The notes below the pieces were generated by a model. The model did no database searches. It had not been told where the DNA came from and saw only the letters and a program-made list of their open reading frames with translations. A DNA stretch of 30,318 nt. Origin: Deltaproteobacteria bacterium (lineage in GTDB: Bacteria; Desulfobacterota; Desulfuromonadia; Geobacterales; Pseudopelobacteraceae). Below, piece by piece: positions 17,779-25,890 of this stretch (position 1 is its first letter; every line of letters starts with the position of its first letter). The stretch lies in contig JAURXC010000378.1 of the NCBI GenBank assembly GCA_030654645.1, positions 1-30,318 of the forward strand, read 5' to 3'. A program made the position numbers and the translations under genes.

Positions 17779-18060
17779 ATGAACAGGAGCATGAATCTGA
17801 AGAAGCTGGCTATCGGTGGTGTTGTCTGCGTGCTGGGCATGGCGGGTATCGTTTCGCCATCCAACGGGGCTGTCGGGGTCGATGTCAGCACCCCCAACGT
17901 ACGGGTGCAAGTCGGTACCCCCGCACCACCACCTCCGCCGCAAGTGACCGTGATAGAGCGCGAGCGAGTGATCGTCAGGGAAAAAGAGCGGAACCACGAC
18001 CAGGGAAAACACAAGGGGCACTACAAGAAGAATAAGAAACATAAGAAACACGATCATTGA
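17779..18060 (+). CDS. Small secreted protein with polyproline linker and His/Lys-rich tail
   Basis: RBS AAAGGGAG, signal peptide (KKLAIGGVVCVLGMAGIVSPSNG-A), PAPPPPP, then HDQGKHKGHYKKNKKHKKHDH. Confidence 0.8.
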   Translation: MNRSMNLKKLAIGGVVCVLGMAGIVSPSNGAVGVDVSTPNVRVQVGTPAPPPPPQVTVIERERVIVREKERNHDQGKHKGHYKKNKKHKKHDH

Positions 18061-18101
18061 CGGTTTGAACGTTTTAAAAATAATCAAACCTGACGGGTAT
18101 C

Positions 18102-18131
18102 GGGCAGCCTTCTTCAAGGCTGCTCTTTTTT
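18102..18131 (+). terminator. Intrinsic terminator after the riboswitch-controlled gene
   Basis: gggcagcctt-cttc-aaggctgctc stem followed by a T-run. Confidence 0.75.
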
Positions 18132-18336
18132 ATTGACGGATCGGGTAGCAGCTCCGGATGCCGCAGAAATCAGTTTCCAATCTTACGCTGACTTGGTTTA
18201 TCTGCTTTCAATGGGAAGAGGCCACTAAAATATCGACGCAGAAACAGTCTGATTTTTCTGGTTTTGCTCACGGTGTTGATTGTTGTAGTCATCTATATAA
18301 ACAACAGATGACAATGGATGTTAGAAATATATAGCC

Positions 18337-18365
18337 TTGACATTATATAGTGTGTAAACTATTTT
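18337..18365 (+). promoter_or_regulatory. Sigma70 promoter of the TA operon with an embedded palindrome
   Basis: TTGACA-N17-TATTTT; ATAGT-gtgtaa-ACTAT overlaps the spacer and -10 (candidate antitoxin operator). Confidence 0.55.
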
Positions 18366-18383
18366 TTTCTTAAGGAAAGAAGT

Positions 18384-18731
18384 ATGGCGTGGAAAATATT
18401 AACGGTTGAATGCTTCGATGAATGGTTTCTGGGCTTGGATGCTTCGGAGCAGCAAGATGTGCTGGCCTCCTTATTGGTGCTTGAACAATACGGCCCTACT
18501 CTAGGCAGGCCACATGTTGATAGTCTCAAAGGAACTGACCAGGTAAAGAACCTGAAAGAACTTCGCGTACAACACAAAGGCAAACCGTATCGGGTCTTTT
18601 TCGCCTTTGATCCTCTCCGCCAAGCCGTGATGCTGTGTGGTGGTGACAAGACCGGAAATAAACATTTTTACAAAACTATGATCCCTGTTGCAGAGCGTGA
18701 ATTCCTTAATTATCTGCAAGAACTGGAGTAA
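18384..18731 (+). CDS. Type II TA toxin, RelE/HigB (Gp49-like) family
   Basis: GPTLGRPHVDSLKG, LKELRVQHKGKPYRVFFAFDPLRQAVMLCGGDKTG. Confidence 0.92.
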   Translation: MAWKILTVECFDEWFLGLDASEQQDVLASLLVLEQYGPTLGRPHVDSLKGTDQVKNLKELRVQHKGKPYRVFFAFDPLRQAVMLCGGDKTGNKHFYKTMIPVAEREFLNYLQELE

Positions 18732-18734
18732 GTT

Positions 18735-19037
18735 ATGGCAAAGCAACTTTCGGAATTAATTAAAAAAATAGACCCTGCTGTGGTGGCGGCAGCACGTGTT
18801 CAGGCAGATCAGGAAATTTTTGAACTTCGTCTTGCACAATTACGTCAAACAGTGGAGATGTCGCAACATGATTTGGCGACTGCACTTGGAATATCGCAAC
18901 CCTCCGTTGCCAATCTGGAAAAACGCGGTTACGAAGTGAAAATCTCTTCTCTCAAACGGTACATTGAGGCGCTTGGCGGTAAACTGTCTCTGGATGTAGA
19001 GCTGTCTGATGGCCGGCATATTGGTATAAACGTTTAG
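18735..19037 (+). CDS. Type II TA antitoxin, XRE/HTH family
   Basis: LAQLRQTVEMSQHDLATALGISQPSVANLEK...YIEALGGKL; starts 3 nt after the toxin stop. Confidence 0.92.
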   Translation: MAKQLSELIKKIDPAVVAAARVQADQEIFELRLAQLRQTVEMSQHDLATALGISQPSVANLEKRGYEVKISSLKRYIEALGGKLSLDVELSDGRHIGINV

Positions 19038-19080
19038 CGCTGATTTCCTTGCAAATGAAGAAGACAGGTTAATAGGTCGT

Positions 19081-19410
19081 ATGCTCAGGTCATTCGATGT
19101 ATCCATACGTTGGGAAATATGCCAGCTGTATCTGCTGCTCATCTTTGTCGGTTCATGGGTGGCGATGACCTGTAGCGCCTACAAAAGCAGGAAATCATCC
19201 GGAGAGACGTTGCGCAGCTTTTTGGACAGATGCTCGCTAAGCGACTATGTCGTCGGCACCAGGAGTGTGACAGGCCGGATCGGCATATGGTTTTGGGTAT
19301 TTGTCATATCGTTGCTGTTATTTGTTGTGGCAAGCATTCAGGTCTTGTGCGGTAATTTTACTAACGCGGGGGTGAAATTTGATGGCGATCATCTCTGGCC
19401 GATTTTGTAG
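19081..19410 (+). CDS. Hypothetical two-TM membrane protein
   Basis: 109-aa ORF with two hydrophobic segments; no recognised family. Confidence 0.4.
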   Translation: MLRSFDVSIRWEICQLYLLLIFVGSWVAMTCSAYKSRKSSGETLRSFLDRCSLSDYVVGTRSVTGRIGIWFWVFVISLLLFVVASIQVLCGNFTNAGVKFDGDHLWPIL

Positions 19411-19550
19411 CAACTCATGATCATCCGCTGTACCAGGGTGCTTGCCGCTATACTGCCACCCTTTCTCTGACACTATCCTCCCCCTTATCCCCGATATATC
19501 TTGCCGGGAAATTGCCACGAAAGAATTTATCCTAAAAAAGGCATTTACTC

Positions 19551-19712
19551 ACGCACCAAATGTAGGCGCTTCTAGGCGACGACGCAACGAACGCGATGAA
19601 ATTCAAATACTTAAGAAGATTTGTGACCACACCAATCTGGTGAATGATATTATCGTTTAACTGCCTGATTTTACGTTGCGTCGTCGCTTGGATGCGCCTA
19701 CTTTTGGTGCGT
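19551..19712. repeat. 39-bp imperfect inverted repeat pair (19551-19589 and 19674-19712) around an 84-bp spacer
   Basis: 35/39 identity between the left arm and the reverse complement of the right arm. Confidence 0.9.
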
Positions 19713-19843
19713 TCGTCGCGTGAAACTGCTTTTTCTAGACATAATGGCTGTCAGTAGAAAATAAGCGACCTGCCCCTTGTAAACGTGGGTTATGTTGTGA
19801 ATGCGAAGTTCACCACACAGAGCCACAAACAAGGAGGCAGGTC

Positions 19844-20953
19844 ATGAAAAATCGTATCACATTTGTTGGTCTTGATGTGCACAAAAACTCCATCGATGTT
19901 GCCCTTGCCGATTCCGGACGTGATGGGGAGGTCAGAAGCTACGGCACGATTGGCGGCGATCTTGATTCGCTTCACAAGGTCGTTCGCAAGTTACAAAGCA
20001 CAGGTACTACGTTGCGTTTCGTCTATGAAGCCGGCCCCTGTGGTTATGAAATATATCGTTCTCTGACAAATCAAGGTTTCGACTGTATCGTGGTTGCTCC
20101 ATCACTCATCCCAAAGAAAAGTGGTGATCGAATCAAGAATGACCGTCGCGATGCCCTGAATCTTGCCCGTCTTCACCGGGCAGGAGAACTGAAAGCAATC
20201 TATGTTCCTACTGAGTTTGATGAAGCCATGCGTGACCTGACCCGTGCCAGAGAAGATGCGGTCAAAGCACAAAGAGTGTCCCGTCAGACCCTGTTATCGT
20301 TTCTTCTGCGTCACGGACAGCGTTACAACGGTAAATCGAACTGGAGTCTGACTCACTATAACTGGCTGGCCGACATCAAGATGCCACACCCGGCACAGCA
20401 GATTGCTTTCCAGGAATACGTTCATGCCGTGAAGGAACAGACCGAACGGGTACATCGCCTTACAGGGCAGGTCCAGGAACTGGTGTCTTCCTGGAAGCTG
20501 GAACCGATGGTGAAAGCCTTGCAGGCTCTGCGCGGTGTTTCTCTGGTAGTTGCCTCGACCACTGTTGCCGAGCTTGGTGATCTTACCAGGTTCGACTCGG
20601 CAAAACAGTTGATGGCCTATTTGGGACTCGTTCCCAGTGAGCACTCCAGCGGCGCCACAGTTAGGCGAGGCGGCATCACCAAAACCGGCAACGGCCATGT
20701 TCGTAGAGTGCTTATTGAGGCAGCAGACTCCTACAAGCATCCGGCGCGAGAAACACGAACACTTCTGACGCGATTGAATGGTCTTCCACATGAAGTTCGG
20801 AAAATCGCCTGGAAAGCTCAGGTTCGTCTATGTGGTCGTTACCGAAAGCTGATGGCTCGAGGCAAATCCCGAAACAGCGTCGTAACGGCTACGGCCCGGG
20901 AACTCTCCGCGTTCATGTGGGCGATAGCCTGTGCGATTTTACCGGCTTCATAG
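19844..20953 (+). CDS. IS110 family transposase (DEDD recombinase)
   Basis: VGLDVHK (D), YEAGPCG (E), IKNDRRDA (D,D), YLGLVPSEHSSG (catalytic Ser loop), GGITKTGN; RBS AAGGAGG. Confidence 0.97.
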   Translation: MKNRITFVGLDVHKNSIDVALADSGRDGEVRSYGTIGGDLDSLHKVVRKLQSTGTTLRFVYEAGPCGYEIYRSLTNQGFDCIVVAPSLIPKKSGDRIKNDRRDALNLARLHRAGELKAIYVPTEFDEAMRDLTRAREDAVKAQRVSRQTLLSFLLRHGQRYNGKSNWSLTHYNWLADIKMPHPAQQIAFQEYVHAVKEQTERVHRLTGQVQELVSSWKLEPMVKALQALRGVSLVVASTTVAELGDLTRFDSAKQLMAYLGLVPSEHSSGATVRRGGITKTGNGHVRRVLIEAADSYKHPARETRTLLTRLNGLPHEVRKIAWKAQVRLCGRYRKLMARGKSRNSVVTATARELSAFMWAIACAILPAS

Positions 20954-21009
20954 TTTCAAAGAGCAACAAGTTCATTCAAGGAGGCCAGCGGGCCAATAAC
21001 CGACAAACA

Positions 21010-21204
21010 TCCCAGGACAGAGCCAGAGACGCGATCACGTTCAGGAGAACCCTCGATCATCCTATGTGAATAAGGCGCAAGCCGAACTTCCGCTTTTAGA
21101 GCGAGGCAGCTCCGCGACGAAGCCAAGTCATGCGGTACCCAACCCGCGTATATCAGAGTGATCAAACGTCGCCACAGGATCCCGTCTCTGATTGTGTCCT
21201 GGGA
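21010..21204 (+). ncRNA. Putative bridge/seek RNA in the IS right non-coding end
   Basis: 10-bp closing stem tcccaggaca / tgtcctggga encloses about 195 nt; contains ATATCAG (21150-56), identical to the element's right junction. Confidence 0.7.
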
Positions 21205-21331
21205 AACATACTGAACAACAAAACCTTAAAAACAAGGGATGGATCTGTATTCCCTTATTGACTACTGACAGCCATATCAGGTTAAAAGATTCAAATGTTA
21301 ATACGTCCTGGAATCCGCTTGAATCGGCGCC

Positions 21332-22030
21332 CTACTCGGCGTCCGTTACCTTGCCATCCACAAGCACCACCTTTACATCCCGGTACACCAGCACGGTCTT
21401 GCTTCCGAGCAGGATCTCCTTTTCCGGGGCTCCAAAAATGGCGACGACTTCATCCAGCGTCTGCCCGAGCCGGATGGTCCGGGTCGCTCTGCCATCGGGG
21501 GCGCGCCGCGCCTCTTCCTCTGTCCTGAACCAATGGGCGATATCGTTGATAACCTGCCTGGAACTGACCCCGGCCAGCCCACCGTCATACCGGAAGCGGG
21601 TGGTCGCCTGCAGTGGTGTCGGTCCTCTGGTGCCGCTGCCGGTCACGACAACGGTCTTGACGGTGAAGAGGTTCAGTTCCACGTAGTCATCTCCGCTCGA
21701 TATGCCGTACAGATAGAGCTGGTCGCCCACCTTCAGAGAGCCGTCCAGGTTGCCCCCCAGCGGCAGCCCGCTCCCCCCGCTTGCGGTTATCCGGCCGCCG
21801 GCGATGACATTCGGCTTGAACAGTGCCGAGGGCTTGTGTTTCCTGAGACCTTCCTCCTGTACGATCAACACGGAGCCGATCGCCTTGAAATCGCCGAAAA
21901 AGCCGGGAACCGTGTAGCGGTAGCGGGCTTCGAGTGCCGACTTGATCTCGTCCCTGGTAACGGCGAATGAGTTCACTGACGGGAGGAGAAGCAGCAGACT
22001 CAGGAATGCAAGAGAGTAACGGCAACGCAT
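21332..22030 (-). CDS. Secreted hypothetical protein with C-terminal SmpA/OmlA(BamE)-like motif
   Basis: Signal peptide ending SFA; C-terminal IRLGQTLDEVVAIFGAPEKE...YRDVKVVLVDGKV. Confidence 0.75.
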   Translation of the reverse strand: MRCRYSLAFLSLLLLLPSVNSFAVTRDEIKSALEARYRYTVPGFFGDFKAIGSVLIVQEEGLRKHKPSALFKPNVIAGGRITASGGSGLPLGGNLDGSLKVGDQLYLYGISSGDDYVELNLFTVKTVVVTGSGTRGPTPLQATTRFRYDGGLAGVSSRQVINDIAHWFRTEEEARRAPDGRATRTIRLGQTLDEVVAIFGAPEKEILLGSKTVLVYRDVKVVLVDGKVTDAE

Positions 22031-22085
22031 GGGAAAGCCCCCTTTTCGTTTAACGGGCAGAATGTCAGGAAATCGCACGACCCGC

Positions 22086-22376
22086 TCAGGTTTTCGGTTC
22101 GGTACGGGTAATCCTGGTGGCCAGGTTCAGGCCGAGCAGGTTGCGGGCCTCCACCATCGCATTAGTATAACCACCCTTGACGGCATCATGGATCACGTTG
22201 GGCTCCCCCTCTTCATCCCAGGGCCAGCCGGTCCGGACAATGGTAATCAGCAGTATCTCCAGCTCGTCGGCCTTCTTGGTCAGCTCGGCATATTCATTAT
22301 CCAGTTCAGCCAGAAGTGACAGGTCTATTCCTTGCGCCTGCAGATTGTTTTTGAGTCGTGCCAGTACGTTCGGCAT
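22086..22376 (-). CDS. Hypothetical protein
   Basis: ORF with a helical/coiled-coil pattern; GGAG RBS precedes ATG 22376 (track start TTG 22463). Confidence 0.6.
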   Translation of the reverse strand: MPNVLARLKNNLQAQGIDLSLLAELDNEYAELTKKADELEILLITIVRTGWPWDEEGEPNVIHDAVKGGYTNAMVEARNLLGLNLATRITRTEPKT

Positions 22377-22578
22377 TGTGCCCTCCGGATAGCGGCGGGA
22401 ATTCCAGAAGGACTCCCGGTCAGCTTGATTATTTTGTAAAGCGTGTATAGCAGATTTCAGCAAAAGGCTCCAACGCTGTCAGTGGAGCAGCAAAAAATCA
22501 AAAAGCAAAAGGCTGCTCCGGCAGCTTTCTCGCGGCGGCTGCCGCTTGAAGCGGCGGAGGAAAGGGACTTCTGGGCCC

Positions 22579-23550
22579 CTACGGCTTCGTGGCGGTAAAG
22601 ATTGCCCGCAACGGCGCCGGGTGCCCCTCTGCTGTCTTCTCGTTGTCATCCGGATCAAGGAAATCCGCCAGCGACTCAAAGTGCATCCACTCCGTCGCGC
22701 GCTGCTCCTGACAGCTGGTGCGGGTGGCATCGACACAGGCAATATCCCTGAAGCCACAGCGCGTAAGCCAGAGGGTCAGCGCCTTGATGGAGGGGAGAAA
22801 CCAGACATTGCGCATCTTGGCGTACCGTCCCGGCGGCATGAAGACCGTCTCTTCCCCACCTTCGACAATCAGGGTCTCCAGAATCAGCTCTCCACCCGGT
22901 CGCAGACACCCCTTCAACTCCTGCAGATGGTCCAGAGGAGAACGGCGATGGTAGAGGACCCCCATGGAGAAGACACTGTCGAAACAGGCCAGATCAGGAG
23001 GGACATCCTCGATGCCGATGGGGATGACGTGATGCCGGGGATCGCACAGGTAGCGCTGCATCACCTGGAACTGCATGACCGATACCAGAAAAGGTTCGAT
23101 GCCGAGAACGAAATCGGCGCCGGCGCCCAGCATGCGCCAGCCGTGGTAACCGTTGCCGCACCCCACATCCAGGATTCTGCGCCCGGCCAGCGGCTGAATG
23201 TGGGGCAGCAGGCGTTCAAACTTCCTGTCGGAGCGCCACTCGGTATCAATCTCAATGCCGAAGAAATTGTAGGGGCCCTTGCGCCAGGGGTGAAAGGCCA
23301 TAAGTTTGTCAATCAGCTCTTCGCGGCTGACCTGGCCCAGATCAACGCCGGAACCGATGGTGACATCTTCCTGCAGAGATATCCGGGAAGGGTGCAGCTC
23401 CGGCAGTGCCTGCAGCGCGCCCAGCCAGCCCGGCATGCCGCCGTAGCGCTCCATGAGCCGGCTCTCCGACAGGGTCGTCTGCAACTCTTCGGCCCAGCGT
23501 TCCTGGCCCATGACGGCAAGCTGCGGCAAGAGTGAGTCGTACCAGTTCAT
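22579..23550 (-). CDS. cmoB: tRNA U34 carboxymethyltransferase CmoB
   Basis: [61 protein letters not shown]; ATGA overlap with cmoA. Confidence 0.96.
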   Translation of the reverse strand: MNWYDSLLPQLAVMGQERWAEELQTTLSESRLMERYGGMPGWLGALQALPELHPSRISLQEDVTIGSGVDLGQVSREELIDKLMAFHPWRKGPYNFFGIEIDTEWRSDRKFERLLPHIQPLAGRRILDVGCGNGYHGWRMLGAGADFVLGIEPFLVSVMQFQVMQRYLCDPRHHVIPIGIEDVPPDLACFDSVFSMGVLYHRRSPLDHLQELKGCLRPGGELILETLIVEGGEETVFMPPGRYAKMRNVWFLPSIKALTLWLTRCGFRDIACVDATRTSCQEQRATEWMHFESLADFLDPDDNEKTAEGHPAPLRAIFTATKP

Positions 23551-24281
23551 TTCAGCGCCACCAGAGAGGCGAAATTGAAACACTGGAACCAGAGTTCGGC
23601 GGAAGAAAAGCCTGCTGCCTGCAGTCGGGACTGATGGCAGGCGAGGGTCTCGGGGATCATCACCTTTTCCAGGGCTGACCGCTTCTGGCTGATCTCCAGA
23701 TCGCTGTAGCCGTTTGCCCGTTTAAAATCGTGATGCAGCTCTTCATGGAACAGCTGCCGCTCCGGTTCGCTGAAGGTGATCTTCTCGGAGAGGATGAGCA
23801 CTCCGCCCGGCCGGAGTCCGTCATATATCCGCTGGATGAGCGCCAGCCGCTCTGTGGGGGGGACGAACTGCAGGGTGAAGTTAAGGACCACGACCGAGGC
23901 GTTTTCAATGGCAACCTCCTGGAGATCGTCACAGATCATGGTCACCGGCACGGTCGGCATCAGGTCGAGCGCCAGCAGTTCACGGCCGCGCTCGATCATC
24001 GCCGGAGAGTTGTCCACGGCAATAATCCGGCAGTCCGGCTGGGTAATCCGCTGACGCATGGCAAGACTGACCGCCCCGAGGGAGCAGCCGAGATCATAGC
24101 AGTGACTCCCGGCCTGGGCGTATTTTGCCGCAACGATACCGATATTGGAGATGATCAGCCCATAGCCCGGGACCGAGCGCTGGATCATGTCGGGAAAAAC
24201 GGAGACAACCCGTTCATCGAATTTAAAATCGATCAGTTCCTGCAGGGGCTCAGCGTAGATAGAATCGTTTTTTTTGATCAC
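23547..24281 (-). CDS. cmoA: Carboxy-S-adenosyl-L-methionine synthase CmoA
   Basis: [65 protein letters not shown]; RBS AGGAG before GTG. Confidence 0.96.
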   Translation of the reverse strand: MIKKNDSIYAEPLQELIDFKFDERVVSVFPDMIQRSVPGYGLIISNIGIVAAKYAQAGSHCYDLGCSLGAVSLAMRQRITQPDCRIIAVDNSPAMIERGRELLALDLMPTVPVTMICDDLQEVAIENASVVVLNFTLQFVPPTERLALIQRIYDGLRPGGVLILSEKITFSEPERQLFHEELHHDFKRANGYSDLEISQKRSALEKVMIPETLACHQSRLQAAGFSSAELWFQCFNFASLVALK

Positions 24282-24382
24282 GGTCTCCTGGTCCTTTTCA
24301 AGCTGCTGTTCGAAAAAAAGAAGATAACGGGTTTGCTACAGAACAGAAACCCCTTTTTTGCAGGCCCGGCACGTGCCGGGGG

Positions 24383-25672
24383 TCACTGCTGCCACTGCTG
24401 CAGGGTGGTGCGAATAATTTCGAAATAGCCCGGCTCCCGCACGACCTCCTGATATCCCGGAACGGCTCCCACCCACTTGCCCAGCCGGACGTTGCGTTCC
24501 CGGGTGAGATAAAGGGTGGGCAATCCCATCAGGGCCGGTCCGTCCATGCCGGCAGTGGTCACGCCAATCTGCCCCACCAGTCCGTGGCGGCATCGCAACT
24601 CTTCAAACAGATGCAGTTGAGCCCGGCGCATGTCCGGCCCCTGGAAGAGCGGCTCTTTCCAGCAGAGGGCCAGGTTGACTGAGCCTGGCAGCACAAGCTC
24701 TGCGGGAACAGCATCGCCGAAAAAGATGGGTATGAGCCTGGCATTCACAACCAGTTCGGAAAGCTGACGCAGCTCATCGAAACAGGTATTGCGCCGGGCA
24801 TCGTGGTCACCCGTTCGAACCCAAAGCAGTACCTTCTGTTCCGGTCTCCCTCCCACCTTGCCATCGATCCATGATCGTAAGGAAGCCGCTGGCGATTCGT
24901 CTCCCAGGAAGGCGGAACGCAGGGTGTGCTGTGCTCCTGGCGCATCGGCGCGAAAAGCCGCGGCGATGATATGGGTCAGATGCTTGGGACTCGCCGGACG
25001 GGACCGATAGGGGCGCAGAGATCCTTCCAACCCGGCAGAGCAAAGAAAGCTTCTGGCCGGCACTTCCTGGGCAGCGCCGGGCCTGATCTGGATGGAAAGG
25101 CCGGCAAACAGTGCCGCAGCAGTCAGGTACCAGCCTTCGCCAAACGAAAAACCGGGATCAGCATGGAACGTGTAGGCGCGGTTTCGCTCCAGGACTATTT
25201 TCCGGGCGGCGATTGCGGCATCCTCAGCCCTGCGGGCAATCTCTTTCGCTCTGGCTGTATCAAGGAGCCGGGCAAAACCTGCGGCCGCCAATGCCGCCTC
25301 TTCGGCAGTGCATACGATCTCCTCGACACGATGCCAGCCGTCTTCGCAATCTTCCAGCGTGGGTGCCCGCTGGGAACCGCGCGAGAGCTGCCCGGCGCCA
25401 TAGCGCGCATCCTCGGCCCGGGCCCCTGAAGCCTGAACCAGCAACCACTGGAGCAACGGCTCCTCTCGACTTCCCACCCCGTTGTCCAGCGCCTTGGTGG
25501 CCACCTGAACAACCTGCTCCAGCCGGGAGCGATACTCATCGCGCACGCCGGGCAGATGCAGCGTTCCCTGCAGTGCGGTGGCCTCAGCCAGAAGAGAGCC
25601 GGCCCATTGGGTGAGCTCCCCGCTATCATTTTCGTTATGGAACAGCATTGTCACAGCATCTTCTTCGACCAT
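24383..25672 (-). CDS. Hypothetical protein: helical N-half and Rossmann-like C-half
   Basis: Long ORF with coding-like composition. Start uncertain (25753, 25672 or 25648). Confidence 0.75.
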   Translation of the reverse strand: MVEEDAVTMLFHNENDSGELTQWAGSLLAEATALQGTLHLPGVRDEYRSRLEQVVQVATKALDNGVGSREEPLLQWLLVQASGARAEDARYGAGQLSRGSQRAPTLEDCEDGWHRVEEIVCTAEEAALAAAGFARLLDTARAKEIARRAEDAAIAARKIVLERNRAYTFHADPGFSFGEGWYLTAAALFAGLSIQIRPGAAQEVPARSFLCSAGLEGSLRPYRSRPASPKHLTHIIAAAFRADAPGAQHTLRSAFLGDESPAASLRSWIDGKVGGRPEQKVLLWVRTGDHDARRNTCFDELRQLSELVVNARLIPIFFGDAVPAELVLPGSVNLALCWKEPLFQGPDMRRAQLHLFEELRCRHGLVGQIGVTTAGMDGPALMGLPTLYLTRERNVRLGKWVGAVPGYQEVVREPGYFEIIRTTLQQWQQ

Positions 25673-25730
25673 GTTTTCGGCGCGAGCGGCCCGTCTATTA
25701 TCATCTCCACCAGACACTTGGCTACATCCT

Positions 25731-25890
25731 TCATAATTCAGCCAGTTCAGCAATAGTCAGATCGGACAGCGAGATCACGGCGGTTTCCCTCTGCGGCGGG
25801 GACTGCATCGGTTCAGGAACAGCCGCTGCTGCAGCGCTTCGTCATAAAATGAAATGGTCTTTTCCAGCAGAGCTGCAAGTTCTGTCAACA
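25731..25890 (-). pseudogene. Duplicated 3' end of the wHTH gene plus a 15-codon stub of its partner gene
   Basis: Translates LTELAALLEKTISFYDEALQQRLFLNRCSPRRRGKPP*, then an overlapping GTG ORF MISLSDLTIAELAEL*. Confidence 0.8.

Larger units (their letters stand above)
19739..21280 (+). mobile_element. IS110-family insertion sequence of IS1111 type (subterminal IRs, long 3' non-coding end)
   Basis: IRL 19744-19765 and IRR 21254-21275 match at 20/22 (first 14 perfect). AG occurs at both junctions (19737-38 and 21279-80); no longer target duplication. Boundaries inferred from the shared AG. Confidence 0.88.

Noticed and set aside
18160-18330. TM-like reading frame (KYRRRNSLIFLVLLTVLIVVVIYINNR) upstream of the TA promoter
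   Set aside because: No in-frame start; at best a decayed fragment.
19442-19660. 72-aa ORF spanning the left IR arm
   Set aside because: TTG start without an RBS; it overlaps repeat DNA and has no recognisable domain.
19712-19720. 9-nt complement (CGCGACGAA) between the IS flank and the ncRNA at 21113-21121
   Set aside because: It ends 16 bp before the core, too far for a guide, and a 9-mer match between regions of this size is not unlikely by chance.
19655-19738. Possible integron attC site (GTTTAAC at an ORF stop; GTTAAAA after removing the IS)
   Set aside because: The R''/R' boxes are suggestive, but the L boxes are not complementary, the hairpin is weak, R' does not fit GTTRRRY, and no intI is in the window.
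25705-25714. TCTGGTGG resembling the E. coli Chi site
   Set aside because: One mismatch to GCTGGTGG, and Chi sequences are lineage-specific.
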